Below, in pieces: positions 28,331 through 37,817 of a DNA stretch of 64,000 nucleotides. Source of the stretch: a virus; the IMG/VR virus record IMGVR_UViG_3300045988_133735. The stretch is one strand, 5' to 3'. Position numbers and translations under genes: made by a program. How positions within the stretch are numbered: the stretch's first letter is position 1; every line of letters starts with the position of its first letter. The notes beneath the pieces are model-generated. The model was not told where the DNA came from. It made no database searches and saw nothing but the letters and a program-made list of their open reading frames with translations.

Positions 28331-29325
28331 GGAGAACCACCGCCCTCACTGATACCAAAGATGGTTTCACGTAAGCTGGTGTCTGCGGTGTCGTCTTCTA
28401 TAGCTTCTGGTTTATGCGCGGTATACTTTTCCATTTCCTCATCAAATTCGGTTTGATATGGATTGTTTAAATGAAACATTTTTAAAAGTGAACCAAGTAC
28501 CCACACTCTAAAATACTTTCCAATCCCATCGACATCCTGCCATTCAGGCGCGGGTTCTGGAATTGGTCTCTCTTCCTCCCATTTTTGAATCAATGTTCCG
28601 AAAGTGTTAGTTTCAGCCAGCGCGTTATCGTTCGTCTGATTCGGTTTAATCTGAGCTGAACCCATTAGATTCTGAAGGTTGTCGTTTGCCTCTTTTATTT
28701 TCTTTGTGTCGCCTGTAGCGTCTGCCTTTTCACAATTGAGTTCACCCTTTGCAATGCGCTTGAAGAGAATTTCCTGTGCAGCAGTTTTACACTCGTGGCG
28801 AGTAATTAGATTCTGATAGTGATCCTCGAGAAATAAATAATCTTGTTCATCCAGACCAGCGCCCCAGAAATTTCTCATTTTTTGTGTCACTTTTGTATTT
28901 GCAACACGACCAGCAGCCAAGGCTTCTTTTTTCTTCCGATCGATCACATCGTCATAAGATTTTCCTGCATGCTGCTTCATATTGAGTCGTCCCATATAGG
29001 TATTGATTTTTGGAGTATATGTTTGAGCATGATCAGAAGCTTCAAGTATTTTATCATCTACATAAGTATCAAACATCATAGCTAAACGATCGATCGCTTC
29101 ATCTTCGTTGTTGTATTTCTTTGCATAGAAATCAAACATTTGCTCACGGCACTCGTTACACCATGGCAGATATCCATCGTTACCCATAAACCACTGACTC
29201 TGCGTTTTTGAGAAATTTCCCTTGCGCACATCATAGATCTTTCCGCAGCACATACATTTACCACCACTCCATGAGGCAGGGACCTTAATGCGTGGCGGTT
29301 TCTTTTCAACGGCGGTTCTGGCCAT
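28327..29325 (-). CDS. Small terminase candidate / Zn-ribbon DNA-binding protein (332 aa)
   Basis: Position immediately upstream of terL with a 4-nt overlap. CxxC..CxxC near the N-terminus. The function is assigned by position only. Confidence 0.3.
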   Translation of the reverse strand: MARTAVEKKPPRIKVPASWSGGKCMCCGKIYDVRKGNFSKTQSQWFMGNDGYLPWCNECREQMFDFYAKKYNNEDEAIDRLAMMFDTYVDDKILEASDHAQTYTPKINTYMGRLNMKQHAGKSYDDVIDRKKKEALAAGRVANTKVTQKMRNFWGAGLDEQDYLFLEDHYQNLITRHECKTAAQEILFKRIAKGELNCEKADATGDTKKIKEANDNLQNLMGSAQIKPNQTNDNALAETNTFGTLIQKWEEERPIPEPAPEWQDVDGIGKYFRVWVLGSLLKMFHLNNPYQTEFDEEMEKYTAHKPEAIEDDTADTSLRETIFGISEGGGSP

Positions 29326-29566
29326 AGTCCTTCACCACCGTTCCGTCATCTGACATATTGTCGAAGCGATACTTGATATCATCCCACAGTTTTAAAATTT
29401 CATTGAGCTTCTTTGTCTTGTGGAACTTTGTATATACAGAGCCCGTAGTTGGATGCTCTCCGATCTCCTCATAAAAAATTCCCATTGCACGAATAAAGAA
29501 CGCGCAGCGGCGGGAATAACAGTAGAAGTAATCGCCTCCTAAATCTTTATGAAATTTTTCTTCCAT
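29306..29566 (-). CDS. Hypothetical protein (86 aa)
   Basis: First ORF after the terminator at 29.7 kb, so probably the first late gene. Confidence 0.45.
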   Translation of the reverse strand: MEEKFHKDLGGDYFYCYSRRCAFFIRAMGIFYEEIGEHPTTGSVYTKFHKTKKLNEILKLWDDIKYRFDNMSDDGTVVKDYGQNRR

Positions 29567-29697
29567 CTCCGAATTTTGGAACCCCCTTTACAATTTAATT
29601 TCATGGGTACAGGTATGCGAGTCGAACGCATCTAAGATTTCTCTTTTGTCTCAGCTTATGAGGCTGGCCAGCACACCGGCGCTGTCACCTGCGACAT

Positions 29698-29731
29698 ATA
29701 AAAACGCCCTGAGCAGTTAAGCCCAGAGCGT
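29698..29731 (-). terminator. Rho-independent terminator ending the leftward early/middle operon
   Basis: Minus strand: ACGCTCTGGGC-ttaact-GCTCAGGGCGT (11 bp including G-U pairs) followed by TTTTTAT. Confidence 0.65.
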
Positions 29732-29740
29732 CTAAATCTG

Positions 29741-30940
29741 TTAAATTACTATCTTTGCTGGCTTTTCAAGCTTCACATCATACAGACAAGTCAAACCATC
29801 ATCAGCAATAACGGCTACGGCTTGCTGTGGGATATCATTCTTACGAATACCGACAGCGTAACCATCAGTACCGCATACGCAGCCGCTTTCAATAACCTTT
29901 GTCCCGTGCACAGTTGTCATTCCGTTTGTGTGGCGATGCCCGAGGAAGACTAAATCAATCGGCTGTTTCACCATCATGGTCAAGTGTTCGACGACGTTGG
30001 CAGGGGAGTCTTTATCTCCATGTGCATACATCACCAGACTATTACGAGCCTTAAATCCACCAAACGTAGGATCAAGCTTCTCTGTTTTTACTTCAATGCC
30101 AGCCAGATTCTGTAGCCGTGCCTTCATATAGAACGGAATCAGCGCTTCGAGTTCGTCTCCGGCAACTTGTTCTTCCTTGTTGGGAAAAACCCGTGAATGA
30201 TTGCCGCTGACCGAATACACATCAATGTGTTGGCATACTTCGTACAGTTCTGCTACAAAGTTGCTCACCAACTCTGCGGCTGTCATAACCTGTTCGATAC
30301 TATTTTCATTGTTCTGAACTCGAGTGTTGATATGAATATGGCCATTGATAAGATCACCAAGCAACAGCACATGAATCTTTTCAGCGGCATGTCTCTCAAC
30401 AATGTTAAATACCTGAGTGACATAGCTTTCCAGCCTTGCCTTTAAAATTTCCTTATCAAACTTGTTCCATGCGGAGTCAATGCCAACGCCTGTATGTAAG
30501 TCAGATAGGCACACAATTAAGTCATGTCCGCTGCCTTCGTACTGTACGATATTCAGAAAATCATTCTTGTCGTAGGGCACAACAGCACTTGCGATCATTT
30601 CCTTGATGGATTCAGCACGCGCAATATCACGATAAACCTTGTTTGTTGCCGCCCGCTCGTCTCGCATCTTGACCTGTTCTATCTTCAACCGCTGCAACTC
30701 GTCTGCCACAGTGCTACCGCACATATGTTCAAGCGCGTAGTCGTAGCCGGCTTTCCACGATTTGTACTTTTTTCGATAAGCACATTCCCCAAAATTGGAA
30801 TTTGTAGCTTCGTTCAAAACTACGGCTGCTTGATCCCATGTTAATTTTCGCTCAGAGCACGCATTGCCAATACGCATCATGTACTCGTCAAAGGATTCGT
30901 CATCCGTCTTTCTGAATTCATTCTTTTTAATTTCGTCCAT
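29741..30940 (-). CDS. Calcineurin-like metallophosphoesterase (SbcD/Mre11-type fold)
   Basis: Ordered motifs SDLHTG, LLGDLINGH, SGNHS, AHGD and LGHRHT. Confidence 0.8.
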   Translation of the reverse strand: MDEIKKNEFRKTDDESFDEYMMRIGNACSERKLTWDQAAVVLNEATNSNFGECAYRKKYKSWKAGYDYALEHMCGSTVADELQRLKIEQVKMRDERAATNKVYRDIARAESIKEMIASAVVPYDKNDFLNIVQYEGSGHDLIVCLSDLHTGVGIDSAWNKFDKEILKARLESYVTQVFNIVERHAAEKIHVLLLGDLINGHIHINTRVQNNENSIEQVMTAAELVSNFVAELYEVCQHIDVYSVSGNHSRVFPNKEEQVAGDELEALIPFYMKARLQNLAGIEVKTEKLDPTFGGFKARNSLVMYAHGDKDSPANVVEHLTMMVKQPIDLVFLGHRHTNGMTTVHGTKVIESGCVCGTDGYAVGIRKNDIPQQAVAVIADDGLTCLYDVKLEKPAKIVI

Positions 30941-30948
30941 TCTGCACC

Positions 30949-31146
30949 TCAGATCTCAAAATTAGAGTTGGTGCGATGAGTGCGATTTAGCTCGCGCAAT
31001 GCCTTCTCGGCTTCAACATTGCCGGGCAGCTGGGTTAGAACAGACTTGATTTCTTCCGCGTACCATTTATGAGTAGTGCGAGTAATATGCACATTAGGGA
31101 TGATCTTCCGCAGGTAAGTTGCTTCGTTCTTAGTAATTTCAATCAT
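30949..31146 (-). CDS. Hypothetical protein (65 aa)
   Basis: ORF with AAGGAG upstream. Confidence 0.45.
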   Translation of the reverse strand: MIEITKNEATYLRKIIPNVHITRTTHKWYAEEIKSVLTQLPGNVEAEKALRELNRTHRTNSNFEI

Positions 31147-31234
31147 ATGTATTAAATCTCCTTTTAAATTTAAAGTTGAAAGAGATATACCCTTTCATAT
31201 ATTAAGAAAATAAAGTTAATTTCGTGTATCTTCG

Positions 31235-32029
31235 TCAATTCCGTTTGATTTTTGCTAACCGTGCCTTCTCTTTGTCTGTAGCACACTCTTTGCAATATAG
31301 ACTGGCATTCGGTCTCTTTGCGATATACTTTTCACCACAAACAGTACAATAACATTCTTTGGGATCAAACAATTCCCGTGCCACTTTACTGAGGTTCAGT
31401 CGGTTGTTCTCAAGTGTTACATTGAAGGTGTATGCAATTACGTCATCTTTATCAAGTGCAAAATTCGGATATGTATATAAGCAGCCAATATCGTCTGTTC
31501 CAGTTCGATAGAGTAGATGATGCACATCAGACAGTTCGTACATGCCGCGTACTGTGTTATATCCATCGTCCCAGTTGGACCCACCGCGATACATGATTTC
31601 GGTCTGTTCATCAAAACATTTCCCAAACCGCTTCATTTTAAAATCAGTGTCTAATGCCACCGTGTCACTGCCATACAATCGGCAGAAGAAGATAATTCCA
31701 AGCAAGACTCTAAGTTGTGCCCAGTTGATGTGATAGCGGCGACGAGCGTCGGTGATATAATCTAAATCTTTCTGATATAAAACAACTTGATGTACGTCAA
31801 GTATTGGTGCGTTATTTTTGCGCCCTCGGCTGAATGTTTGAATCAGATGGCTGCGATCATAACTGACAGACTCGGGGTTTCGCATTCGTTCATAATAAAT
31901 CGTGGCACATTCAATAGGGGAGAGGCTTGTCCGCTTTAATAAATTACGCAGCATCAGGTTTGACTCGTGATAGTATTTCCAATTGTCAAGAAGCATATTT
32001 TCGTTGCAATAAAATGTCGTATAAGCCAT
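31235..32029 (-). CDS. Hypothetical protein (264 aa) with C-terminal CxxC..CxxC zinc ribbon
   Basis: AAGGAGG upstream. C-terminus reads CTVCGEKYIAKRPNASLYCKEC. Confidence 0.5.
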   Translation of the reverse strand: MAYTTFYCNENMLLDNWKYYHESNLMLRNLLKRTSLSPIECATIYYERMRNPESVSYDRSHLIQTFSRGRKNNAPILDVHQVVLYQKDLDYITDARRRYHINWAQLRVLLGIIFFCRLYGSDTVALDTDFKMKRFGKCFDEQTEIMYRGGSNWDDGYNTVRGMYELSDVHHLLYRTGTDDIGCLYTYPNFALDKDDVIAYTFNVTLENNRLNLSKVARELFDPKECYCTVCGEKYIAKRPNASLYCKECATDKEKARLAKIKRN

Positions 32030-32038
32030 TTAACCTCC

Positions 32039-32314
32039 TTACTCGATTGGTACAATATTGCCATCAATATAACGACAAAGCTGTCCATGTTCGTTATAGT
32101 ATGGAGCCATATAGCTCGCTCCTGCACCACCACTAATGTAATAATACATAACTTTTGTATCCTTGGCGTACACGATAGAAGTATTCAAAATATGATAAAA
32201 ATTGTCACTATAATTGTCGGCCCAATTACCATATTGGTCTTCTTTTGTACCGCAGCCAGTCAGCAAACATCCTATCAAACAGATGGAAATCAATATAACA
32301 AAAACCCTCTTCAT
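32039..32314 (-). CDS. Small lipoprotein (91 aa)
   Basis: Signal peptide MKRVFVILISICLIGCLLTGC with an L-T-G-C lipobox. Confidence 0.6.
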   Translation of the reverse strand: MKRVFVILISICLIGCLLTGCGTKEDQYGNWADNYSDNFYHILNTSIVYAKDTKVMYYYISGGAGASYMAPYYNEHGQLCRYIDGNIVPIE

Positions 32315-32571
32315 TCTGTTTTGTCCTCCCAGCCCACAGATTCATGAGCGAATTTTTGGATACGTTGAGCTTCGTCCCAGCTAAACATCATCTCGCCGCA
32401 ATTCGCACATTTCATGGCGGTAACATTTGAGGCTTCGAGTTCCTGTCCACGGCAGTGGAATTTATATGTCAGCCCATTTGTCAGTGTCATAGTTCCGCCG
32501 CACTTGGGGCATTCCATCTGCTGCGGGGTTTCTGCGTGCTGTGGTTTCTTTTTTTTGAACAGATTAAACAT
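32311..32571 (-). CDS. YgiT/MqsA-type zinc-ribbon protein (86 aa)
   Basis: CPKCGG..(35 aa)..CANCGE spacing resembles the MqsA N-terminal zinc finger. Confidence 0.45.
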   Translation of the reverse strand: MFNLFKKKKPQHAETPQQMECPKCGGTMTLTNGLTYKFHCRGQELEASNVTAMKCANCGEMMFSWDEAQRIQKFAHESVGWEDKTE

Positions 32572-32854
32572 CGATATTCACCTCTGCTGATTCTGGATAA
32601 AATTCTGAATCACCTGAAACATTTTTGCATTGTTGGATTATCTCATTAACCTTTGTTGTATACGCAGTTTTACAATCGGCGCAATAGAATATATTAACGT
32701 TCTGAATTTTGATTTCTTGATGAGGTGTATTTTTGTTTTTGACTTTTATATCCTTTATAACAGCAGGATATACTCTTGTTGAATAACAAAATGGACAATA
32801 AAACATATTCTTTTCAAGTTCAGCTATATTTATAAAATATTTAAAATCATTCAT
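32564..32854 (-). CDS. Zinc-ribbon protein (96 aa)
   Basis: CPFC..(37 aa)..CADC. Confidence 0.45.
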   Translation of the reverse strand: MNDFKYFINIAELEKNMFYCPFCYSTRVYPAVIKDIKVKNKNTPHQEIKIQNVNIFYCADCKTAYTTKVNEIIQQCKNVSGDSEFYPESAEVNIDV

Positions 32855-32855
32855 A

Positions 32856-35414
32856 TCATTTCACCCTCGCCTCATAAATTTTTGGTTCAGCTAAACTATA
32901 TCGTTGACCAAGGTATTCATACTTGCCATTCGGGTCGTGAACTGGTAACTGCACTGGAACGGGTTTGATATTTTCAACTACGCCAGCACCAGCCATGTGC
33001 CACAAGAACTTTTTAAACTTGTTAGGATATTTTTCATAGCACAGCACCACTAGAATGTTAGCCAACTCACGAACATCGGGGCAGACCAGCTTGCACTTGT
33101 TACGATACACGTTATAGATTGCTTGCCAGTTGGTTTCATAGGTCTTTGCTTCTTCTTTCGTCATGATGCCTTCAAGCTCTTTACGATAGAGTTTCCAGTT
33201 TTTAGCTTTCTTTTCGAGCTCTAACTGGTTCTTGCGGTATTTATTAAAGTCCAGAAAGATGGCTTCGATCTCATTAAATACATCCTGATCATAGCCGATT
33301 TCAGAATCGTACATTATGTGCCAATTAAAACTGCCAGCGGGCTCTTTATGCCAACGGACACCACGCTCCCAACGCTCGAGACTCATACAGAGCAGATTCA
33401 TATTGCTATGTGCTTTACTGAGATTATGTAAACGTGCGTAGTAAGGGCCATTGTATTTGAAAAAATAAGGCATTCCGCTTGCTTTTGCCCATTTGCTGAT
33501 TTGACGAGGAATAGGGTAGAGTACGCCAGTTTTTGCGAAATCCACAGCTTTTCCGTTTGCAACAGAGAGAAGATCAATATAATCTTCATACAGTTGCTTG
33601 GTCTCTTCTGTACGAGCAACACGATTGTGATATACGGAAGCCATATTGCTAATCTCACCAATCATGCTTTTCAACCCACGAAGAGTACAGGCAAGTTTAT
33701 TTTCAAGGTTATCTACCTGAGCGAGACTGGTGACTTTATCTTCGATATCGATCGTAACATATCCATCGTCTGGAATAGTATTGATAATAATTGATTCATT
33801 TGATAACAAGGTAAGGTCCCCGTCGTAGTCGGCCCCTGAAAGTCTCGCAGGAACGATAGATTTTACATTGATCATACAGCAATTAACGAGATGATTGCAA
33901 TATTTTTGAGTCAAATCGTTATCAACACCCTTTAATTTGACATGTTCTTGGTGGCAGATGTGGGGGTTGCGTCCCAATGCGCGTTCACCCAAAATGACAC
34001 CACGTCGATCAAAACTATAAAATTCATCAGAATCAAGGCACCCATTTATGGGAAGGCCAGCAATTGCTTCCATTAATGCAATTTGGTCAGGAAGTAGAAA
34101 TTTAAATGTTGCATCAAAAAACAATTTTCCACACTTGAATCCATTACGATATTTATCAAGAAGGCTATGAAAATAATCTTTAACGCTAGGTTCGTGAGCC
34201 ATATCAGGATTACGAATAATAGCAGCGACGTAATGATTAAGAGGTTCAGTATTATCAGCCAGCGCACCAAGAAAACAGTATGTAAAAATAGGGTCCCCAC
34301 TTACGATTTTTTCATACCAATCTACAGACTTATCCGCCAAGTGTTTGAATTCTTCAAATGGAACTGAGGAAAGATCTTGTATGAGCTGATAATTACCAAG
34401 GCTAACTAAATTTTCCTTATCTGCTTGATAGTTCCATTTTGCAATGCCTAACGCATGATCGTATTTTAAGGAGAGCTCTTTATAGTGATTCCAGTCACTT
34501 ACAGTACCGGTATGCTTAAAATACTTATAACCTTTATACATACTTTCACAAGCAATAAACATTGGCTCAGCATCACGGGTTACAGAATGCTTTACACCCC
34601 AAATATCAGTAATTTCGGTAACACCACGTTCTTCATAAAAAGCAACATAGTCCATTTCATTAAAAACGCCTTTAAAATATGGCATACGGAAAACCATGCT
34701 ATTAATTCGTTCGGTTGTTCCAATCCGCTGTTCAACTTCACGCATCAAGGAAGGATGTGCGATGCCACATCCGTCAAACATGTTGATTTCAATATCTGTT
34801 TCTTTTTTAGCAATAGCCTTTTGCTTCCATGTGCGTTTAGTGCCAGTTTTTCGATCTGTAAATTCAACCTCTTCATCATGGACATATTTGATTTTTTGAT
34901 TCGGAATAGTCGTGAACGTATCTGGAACAATAACAATTTTTGGGAACCATTCTCTGAGTGCAATACAATGGCAACTCGAAAGTACAAGACCACGATAAGC
35001 ATAGTATTTGCTTAAAACGGTTGGATTGTCACTAAAATCCAAATCCATACTAATTCGTTTATTTACTTCTGGCCAAACATGAGATTCAACCATTGAAAAA
35101 ATAAATTGGCGAATCATAGAGGCACTTCTGTCTCCAAAAGAGAAATGATATTTACCGATTTTTGCGCCATGCTCAATTAAGTGACGAACTACTTTTGGTT
35201 TGTTTTGCGCTCCAGTTGCGTCGATAAATACAATAAATGGATTATAATCATCATAGTTATTAGATACGATTCTAATTTGACGAAGTAACATTGTATCAGA
35301 TTGAAGCACCTGATATTGAATATCGTTCGCAACTTCAGTAGGAATCTTATAATTATATTTTATAAACAAGCTTAGAGGATACTTGCGTACTGTATAACTT
35401 TTAGGACTGATCAA
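32856..35414 (-). CDS. YonO / RdRP-like single-subunit (double-psi beta-barrel) RNA polymerase
   Basis: 852 aa. ..LGRNPHICHQEHVKLKGV.. followed by ..LSGADYDGDL.. (codons at 33816-33836) matches the RNPxxHPGD ... GGDxDGD signature of the cellular RdRP/YonO family. Confidence 0.75.
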   Translation of the reverse strand: MISPKSYTVRKYPLSLFIKYNYKIPTEVANDIQYQVLQSDTMLLRQIRIVSNNYDDYNPFIVFIDATGAQNKPKVVRHLIEHGAKIGKYHFSFGDRSASMIRQFIFSMVESHVWPEVNKRISMDLDFSDNPTVLSKYYAYRGLVLSSCHCIALREWFPKIVIVPDTFTTIPNQKIKYVHDEEVEFTDRKTGTKRTWKQKAIAKKETDIEINMFDGCGIAHPSLMREVEQRIGTTERINSMVFRMPYFKGVFNEMDYVAFYEERGVTEITDIWGVKHSVTRDAEPMFIACESMYKGYKYFKHTGTVSDWNHYKELSLKYDHALGIAKWNYQADKENLVSLGNYQLIQDLSSVPFEEFKHLADKSVDWYEKIVSGDPIFTYCFLGALADNTEPLNHYVAAIIRNPDMAHEPSVKDYFHSLLDKYRNGFKCGKLFFDATFKFLLPDQIALMEAIAGLPINGCLDSDEFYSFDRRGVILGERALGRNPHICHQEHVKLKGVDNDLTQKYCNHLVNCCMINVKSIVPARLSGADYDGDLTLLSNESIIINTIPDDGYVTIDIEDKVTSLAQVDNLENKLACTLRGLKSMIGEISNMASVYHNRVARTEETKQLYEDYIDLLSVANGKAVDFAKTGVLYPIPRQISKWAKASGMPYFFKYNGPYYARLHNLSKAHSNMNLLCMSLERWERGVRWHKEPAGSFNWHIMYDSEIGYDQDVFNEIEAIFLDFNKYRKNQLELEKKAKNWKLYRKELEGIMTKEEAKTYETNWQAIYNVYRNKCKLVCPDVRELANILVVLCYEKYPNKFKKFLWHMAGAGVVENIKPVPVQLPVHDPNGKYEYLGQRYSLAEPKIYEARVK

Positions 35415-35417
35415 GTT

Positions 35418-36320
35418 TTATCCCACGCTCCTTTTTGTTTTCTTTCCTCCTGGTGGAGTTGTAATTGCAGCAACGTCATCCCACCCATTAAATATTCGAT
35501 TATAAATTACACCTCTCGTTAAACCTAGATTAAGAATATCCGCCCATTCAGAATATGTATGAGTCTCTCCATTATAAGTAACGTGATGAGTGTCTGTTTT
35601 ATTATTATTTTGTGTTTTTATATCAGTCCATCTACAATTCTCTGGACAATAATTGCCATTGACATCAATTCTATCAATTGACAAGCCAGAGTTTTCTTTA
35701 TAACCATTTGCAAAAGACCACTCACAAAATGCCAATGCACTATTTTTCCATTCATCACAAACCGTTATACCTCGTGCACCATAATGGGGATAACTTTCAC
35801 ACTTTTGATTATAACAACGGTCCATCATACCAGAGTATGTTTGATACATTGGTAATTTCCAAGCTCCGCCTTGTGTTGCATTAATACATCCACAACTTTG
35901 CGTATATCCATGCCTTAAAAGATCAGTTCTTGCAACGGTTTCATTCCCACAATCGCATTTACATCTCCATTGTGTGGTTGTTTTCCCTTTGGGCGAAATA
36001 TAATCTGCCGCTCGTTCAATAACTGTTAATTTCCCAAATCGTTTTCCGGTTAAATCAATTAGACGAGAGCCCTTATATTCGCAATTCTTATCTCCACAAG
36101 TTTTTGCCATCCCTCGTCTTAAAATATCATCTCTTGCAATTCTCGTTCGTCCACAATCGCACTGACAAACCCACTGCCTAAATTTTTGACGACCATTATA
36201 TTTGATTACTTTTTCATCAAGAGCTTTAATAACTGTAAGATGTTCGAATTTCTTTCCAATCATTTTTTCTCTTGCTTTTATATCTGCTGGCGTGACTTCA
36301 ATAATTGTTTCATCAGCCAT
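35418..36320 (-). CDS. DNA-binding protein with duplicated Cys-rich repeats and an HNH/AP2-like C-terminal half
   Basis: Two copies of GK[KR]FxxLTVI..W.C.CDCG......D.LR.G....CG. Then ..YGARGITVCDEW..SIDRIDVNGNYCPENCRW.. and ..YSEWADILNL.. Confidence 0.35.
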   Translation of the reverse strand: MADETIIEVTPADIKAREKMIGKKFEHLTVIKALDEKVIKYNGRQKFRQWVCQCDCGRTRIARDDILRRGMAKTCGDKNCEYKGSRLIDLTGKRFGKLTVIERAADYISPKGKTTTQWRCKCDCGNETVARTDLLRHGYTQSCGCINATQGGAWKLPMYQTYSGMMDRCYNQKCESYPHYGARGITVCDEWKNSALAFCEWSFANGYKENSGLSIDRIDVNGNYCPENCRWTDIKTQNNNKTDTHHVTYNGETHTYSEWADILNLGLTRGVIYNRIFNGWDDVAAITTPPGGKKTKRSVG

Positions 36321-36334
36321 TTTTCTAAACTCCT

Positions 36335-36673
36335 TTACTTTAATTTGTTATGGAAGTGATCGTCATCGCCAGAGTCATCATCGCTGTCATCCAACTCGCT
36401 ATTGCACACAACGTAATAACAATCAATTGCACTGCTAATATAAAATACAAGAAGGGGAGTAATAACCAGCGCCACGAATAACACTTTTCCAATAATCTGA
36501 TAGGCCAAGTAGAAGATTACCAGTGTCTCAGCAGCGTGCAGTATCCAATTAAACCAGTCTTTGCTATTGATAAAAGCAGATACCGCAATAGTCAAAGGAA
36601 TATTTGTACTCATCATGCCCTGCTGGCCGTCTTCGTCTTGCAGATCGTCAGACTTCTTAGGATCTTTATCCAC
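36335..36673 (-). CDS. Small membrane protein (112 aa)
   Basis: GTG start with AAGGAGG 9 nt upstream. At least two hydrophobic helices and an acidic C-terminus. Confidence 0.5.
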   Translation of the reverse strand: MDKDPKKSDDLQDEDGQQGMMSTNIPLTIAVSAFINSKDWFNWILHAAETLVIFYLAYQIIGKVLFVALVITPLLVFYISSAIDCYYVVCNSELDDSDDDSGDDDHFHNKLK

Positions 36674-36687
36674 TGTTGCATTCCTCC

Positions 36688-36864
36688 TTACTCTTCATCA
36701 TCCCACTCGCGGCGTTGCTTGTGGGATTTTTTACTATATTTAGACGCCGGAGCTTCCTGCGCTTTTTCGATCTCCTGCATAAACTGGTTTTCAATCATGC
36801 GCTGTTTGCGGGCTGCTCTCATATATGTACTCTTAGAATTCTTATCTCGTTTGCGGTCACTCAT
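36688..36864 (-). CDS. Small basic protein (58 aa)
   Basis: ATG 36864 overlaps the upstream stop as ATGA. GAGGAGG lies 9 nt upstream. The track start at 36909 is less likely. Confidence 0.4.
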   Translation of the reverse strand: MSDRKRDKNSKSTYMRAARKQRMIENQFMQEIEKAQEAPASKYSKKSHKQRREWDDEE

Positions 36865-37135
36865 CGCCGTAATCCTCCTCACTGTCGTTATCGTATTCTT
36901 CCAACCCATATAGCTTATGATATAAATATCGGGTCAAAGAAGGGGACATAGGCGTATAGTCTTCCATCCAGAGCGTATCATACAGTGAAGCATCACCAAT
37001 AACTTCCTGCCAGTCCGCGTATACTTGAATCGCGTCAATGATATTTTCTACTGTGACACTATAATTACGCACCGCATCAACTACGGCGAATCCAATATTA
37101 AAAATATCCTGTTTTGAAAATTCTTCTTCTTTCAT
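36857..37135 (-). CDS. Hypothetical acidic protein (92 aa)
   Basis: ATG 37135 lies 7 nt after GGAGGA. First gene after the C[RHK]SLL series and lacks the tail. Confidence 0.5.
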   Translation of the reverse strand: MKEEEFSKQDIFNIGFAVVDAVRNYSVTVENIIDAIQVYADWQEVIGDASLYDTLWMEDYTPMSPSLTRYLYHKLYGLEEYDNDSEEDYGDE

Positions 37136-37146
37136 AATAGTCCTCC

Positions 37147-37368
37147 TTATAGAAGCGATTTGCACCGAAGTGGCTTCTTTAGTTTATCTAATTGGTTGTA
37201 AATATCTGCGATTTGCTCTTCTATAGTTTTTATTCTATCCCATGCGGATTCTTCTACAGGTTGTTCTTTGGGTATGACAATAGCTGAATTTTTTGCTAAA
37301 TCGCTCGATATCCAATAACCATAAGGGTTCTCCGGATTTCCAATAAAATCTAAGTCAATAACATCCAT
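37147..37368 (-). CDS. Small protein with C-terminal tail ..KKPLRCKSLL (tail family member)
   Basis: 73 aa. AGGAG lies 8 nt upstream of the ATG. Tail codons TGC AAA TCG CTT CTA TAA. Confidence 0.6.
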   Translation of the reverse strand: MDVIDLDFIGNPENPYGYWISSDLAKNSAIVIPKEQPVEESAWDRIKTIEEQIADIYNQLDKLKKPLRCKSLL

Positions 37369-37380
37369 TTGGCGTCTCCT

Positions 37381-37608
37381 TTACAGTAAACTGTGACATA
37401 CAAATGATTTCTTTTTCTTTATTTCAATACTTACTTCAGGACACCGCTCACGAAAAAAATCATATATTGCTTTATCTGAAATGCAATCAAGTCCAACTAA
37501 CTGTCCATCCGAAATTAACAATTCATCATCATAAGACCTGATACTGTCTCCGCGAGCGACCGCATCTATCAGAAGTCTTGCTCCTTCTTCTGTCCATTCA
37601 ATAATCAT
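37381..37608 (-). CDS. Small protein with C-terminal tail ..KKSFVCHSLL (tail family member)
   Basis: 75 aa from ATG 37608, which overlaps the upstream stop as ATGA. Tail codons TGT CAC AGT TTA CTG TAA. Confidence 0.6.
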   Translation of the reverse strand: MIIEWTEEGARLLIDAVARGDSIRSYDDELLISDGQLVGLDCISDKAIYDFFRERCPEVSIEIKKKKSFVCHSLL

Positions 37609-37817
37609 AAAAGGCTCCTGCAAATAAACGATTTCGAATTTCTAATCATATACACAATTTGATCGTATATTTCTTTATCGGTTCTTCCCCAAAATCCATA
37701 GTATTCAAAATCTGGTTTAATTTTGCTTTCATCTATATCAGGTGCAAATGGATAAAGCTTTTTATATTCTCTGACGAAACCTTTAATCATATTGAGTTCA
37801 TCAATCTCATCTCTCAT
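37605..37817 (-). CDS. Small protein with C-terminal tail ..SKSFICRSLL (tail family member)
   Basis: 70 aa. Tail codons TGC AGG AGC CTT TTA TGA contain the SD and ATG of the next ORF. Confidence 0.6.
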   Translation of the reverse strand: MRDEIDELNMIKGFVREYKKLYPFAPDIDESKIKPDFEYYGFWGRTDKEIYDQIVYMIRNSKSFICRSLL

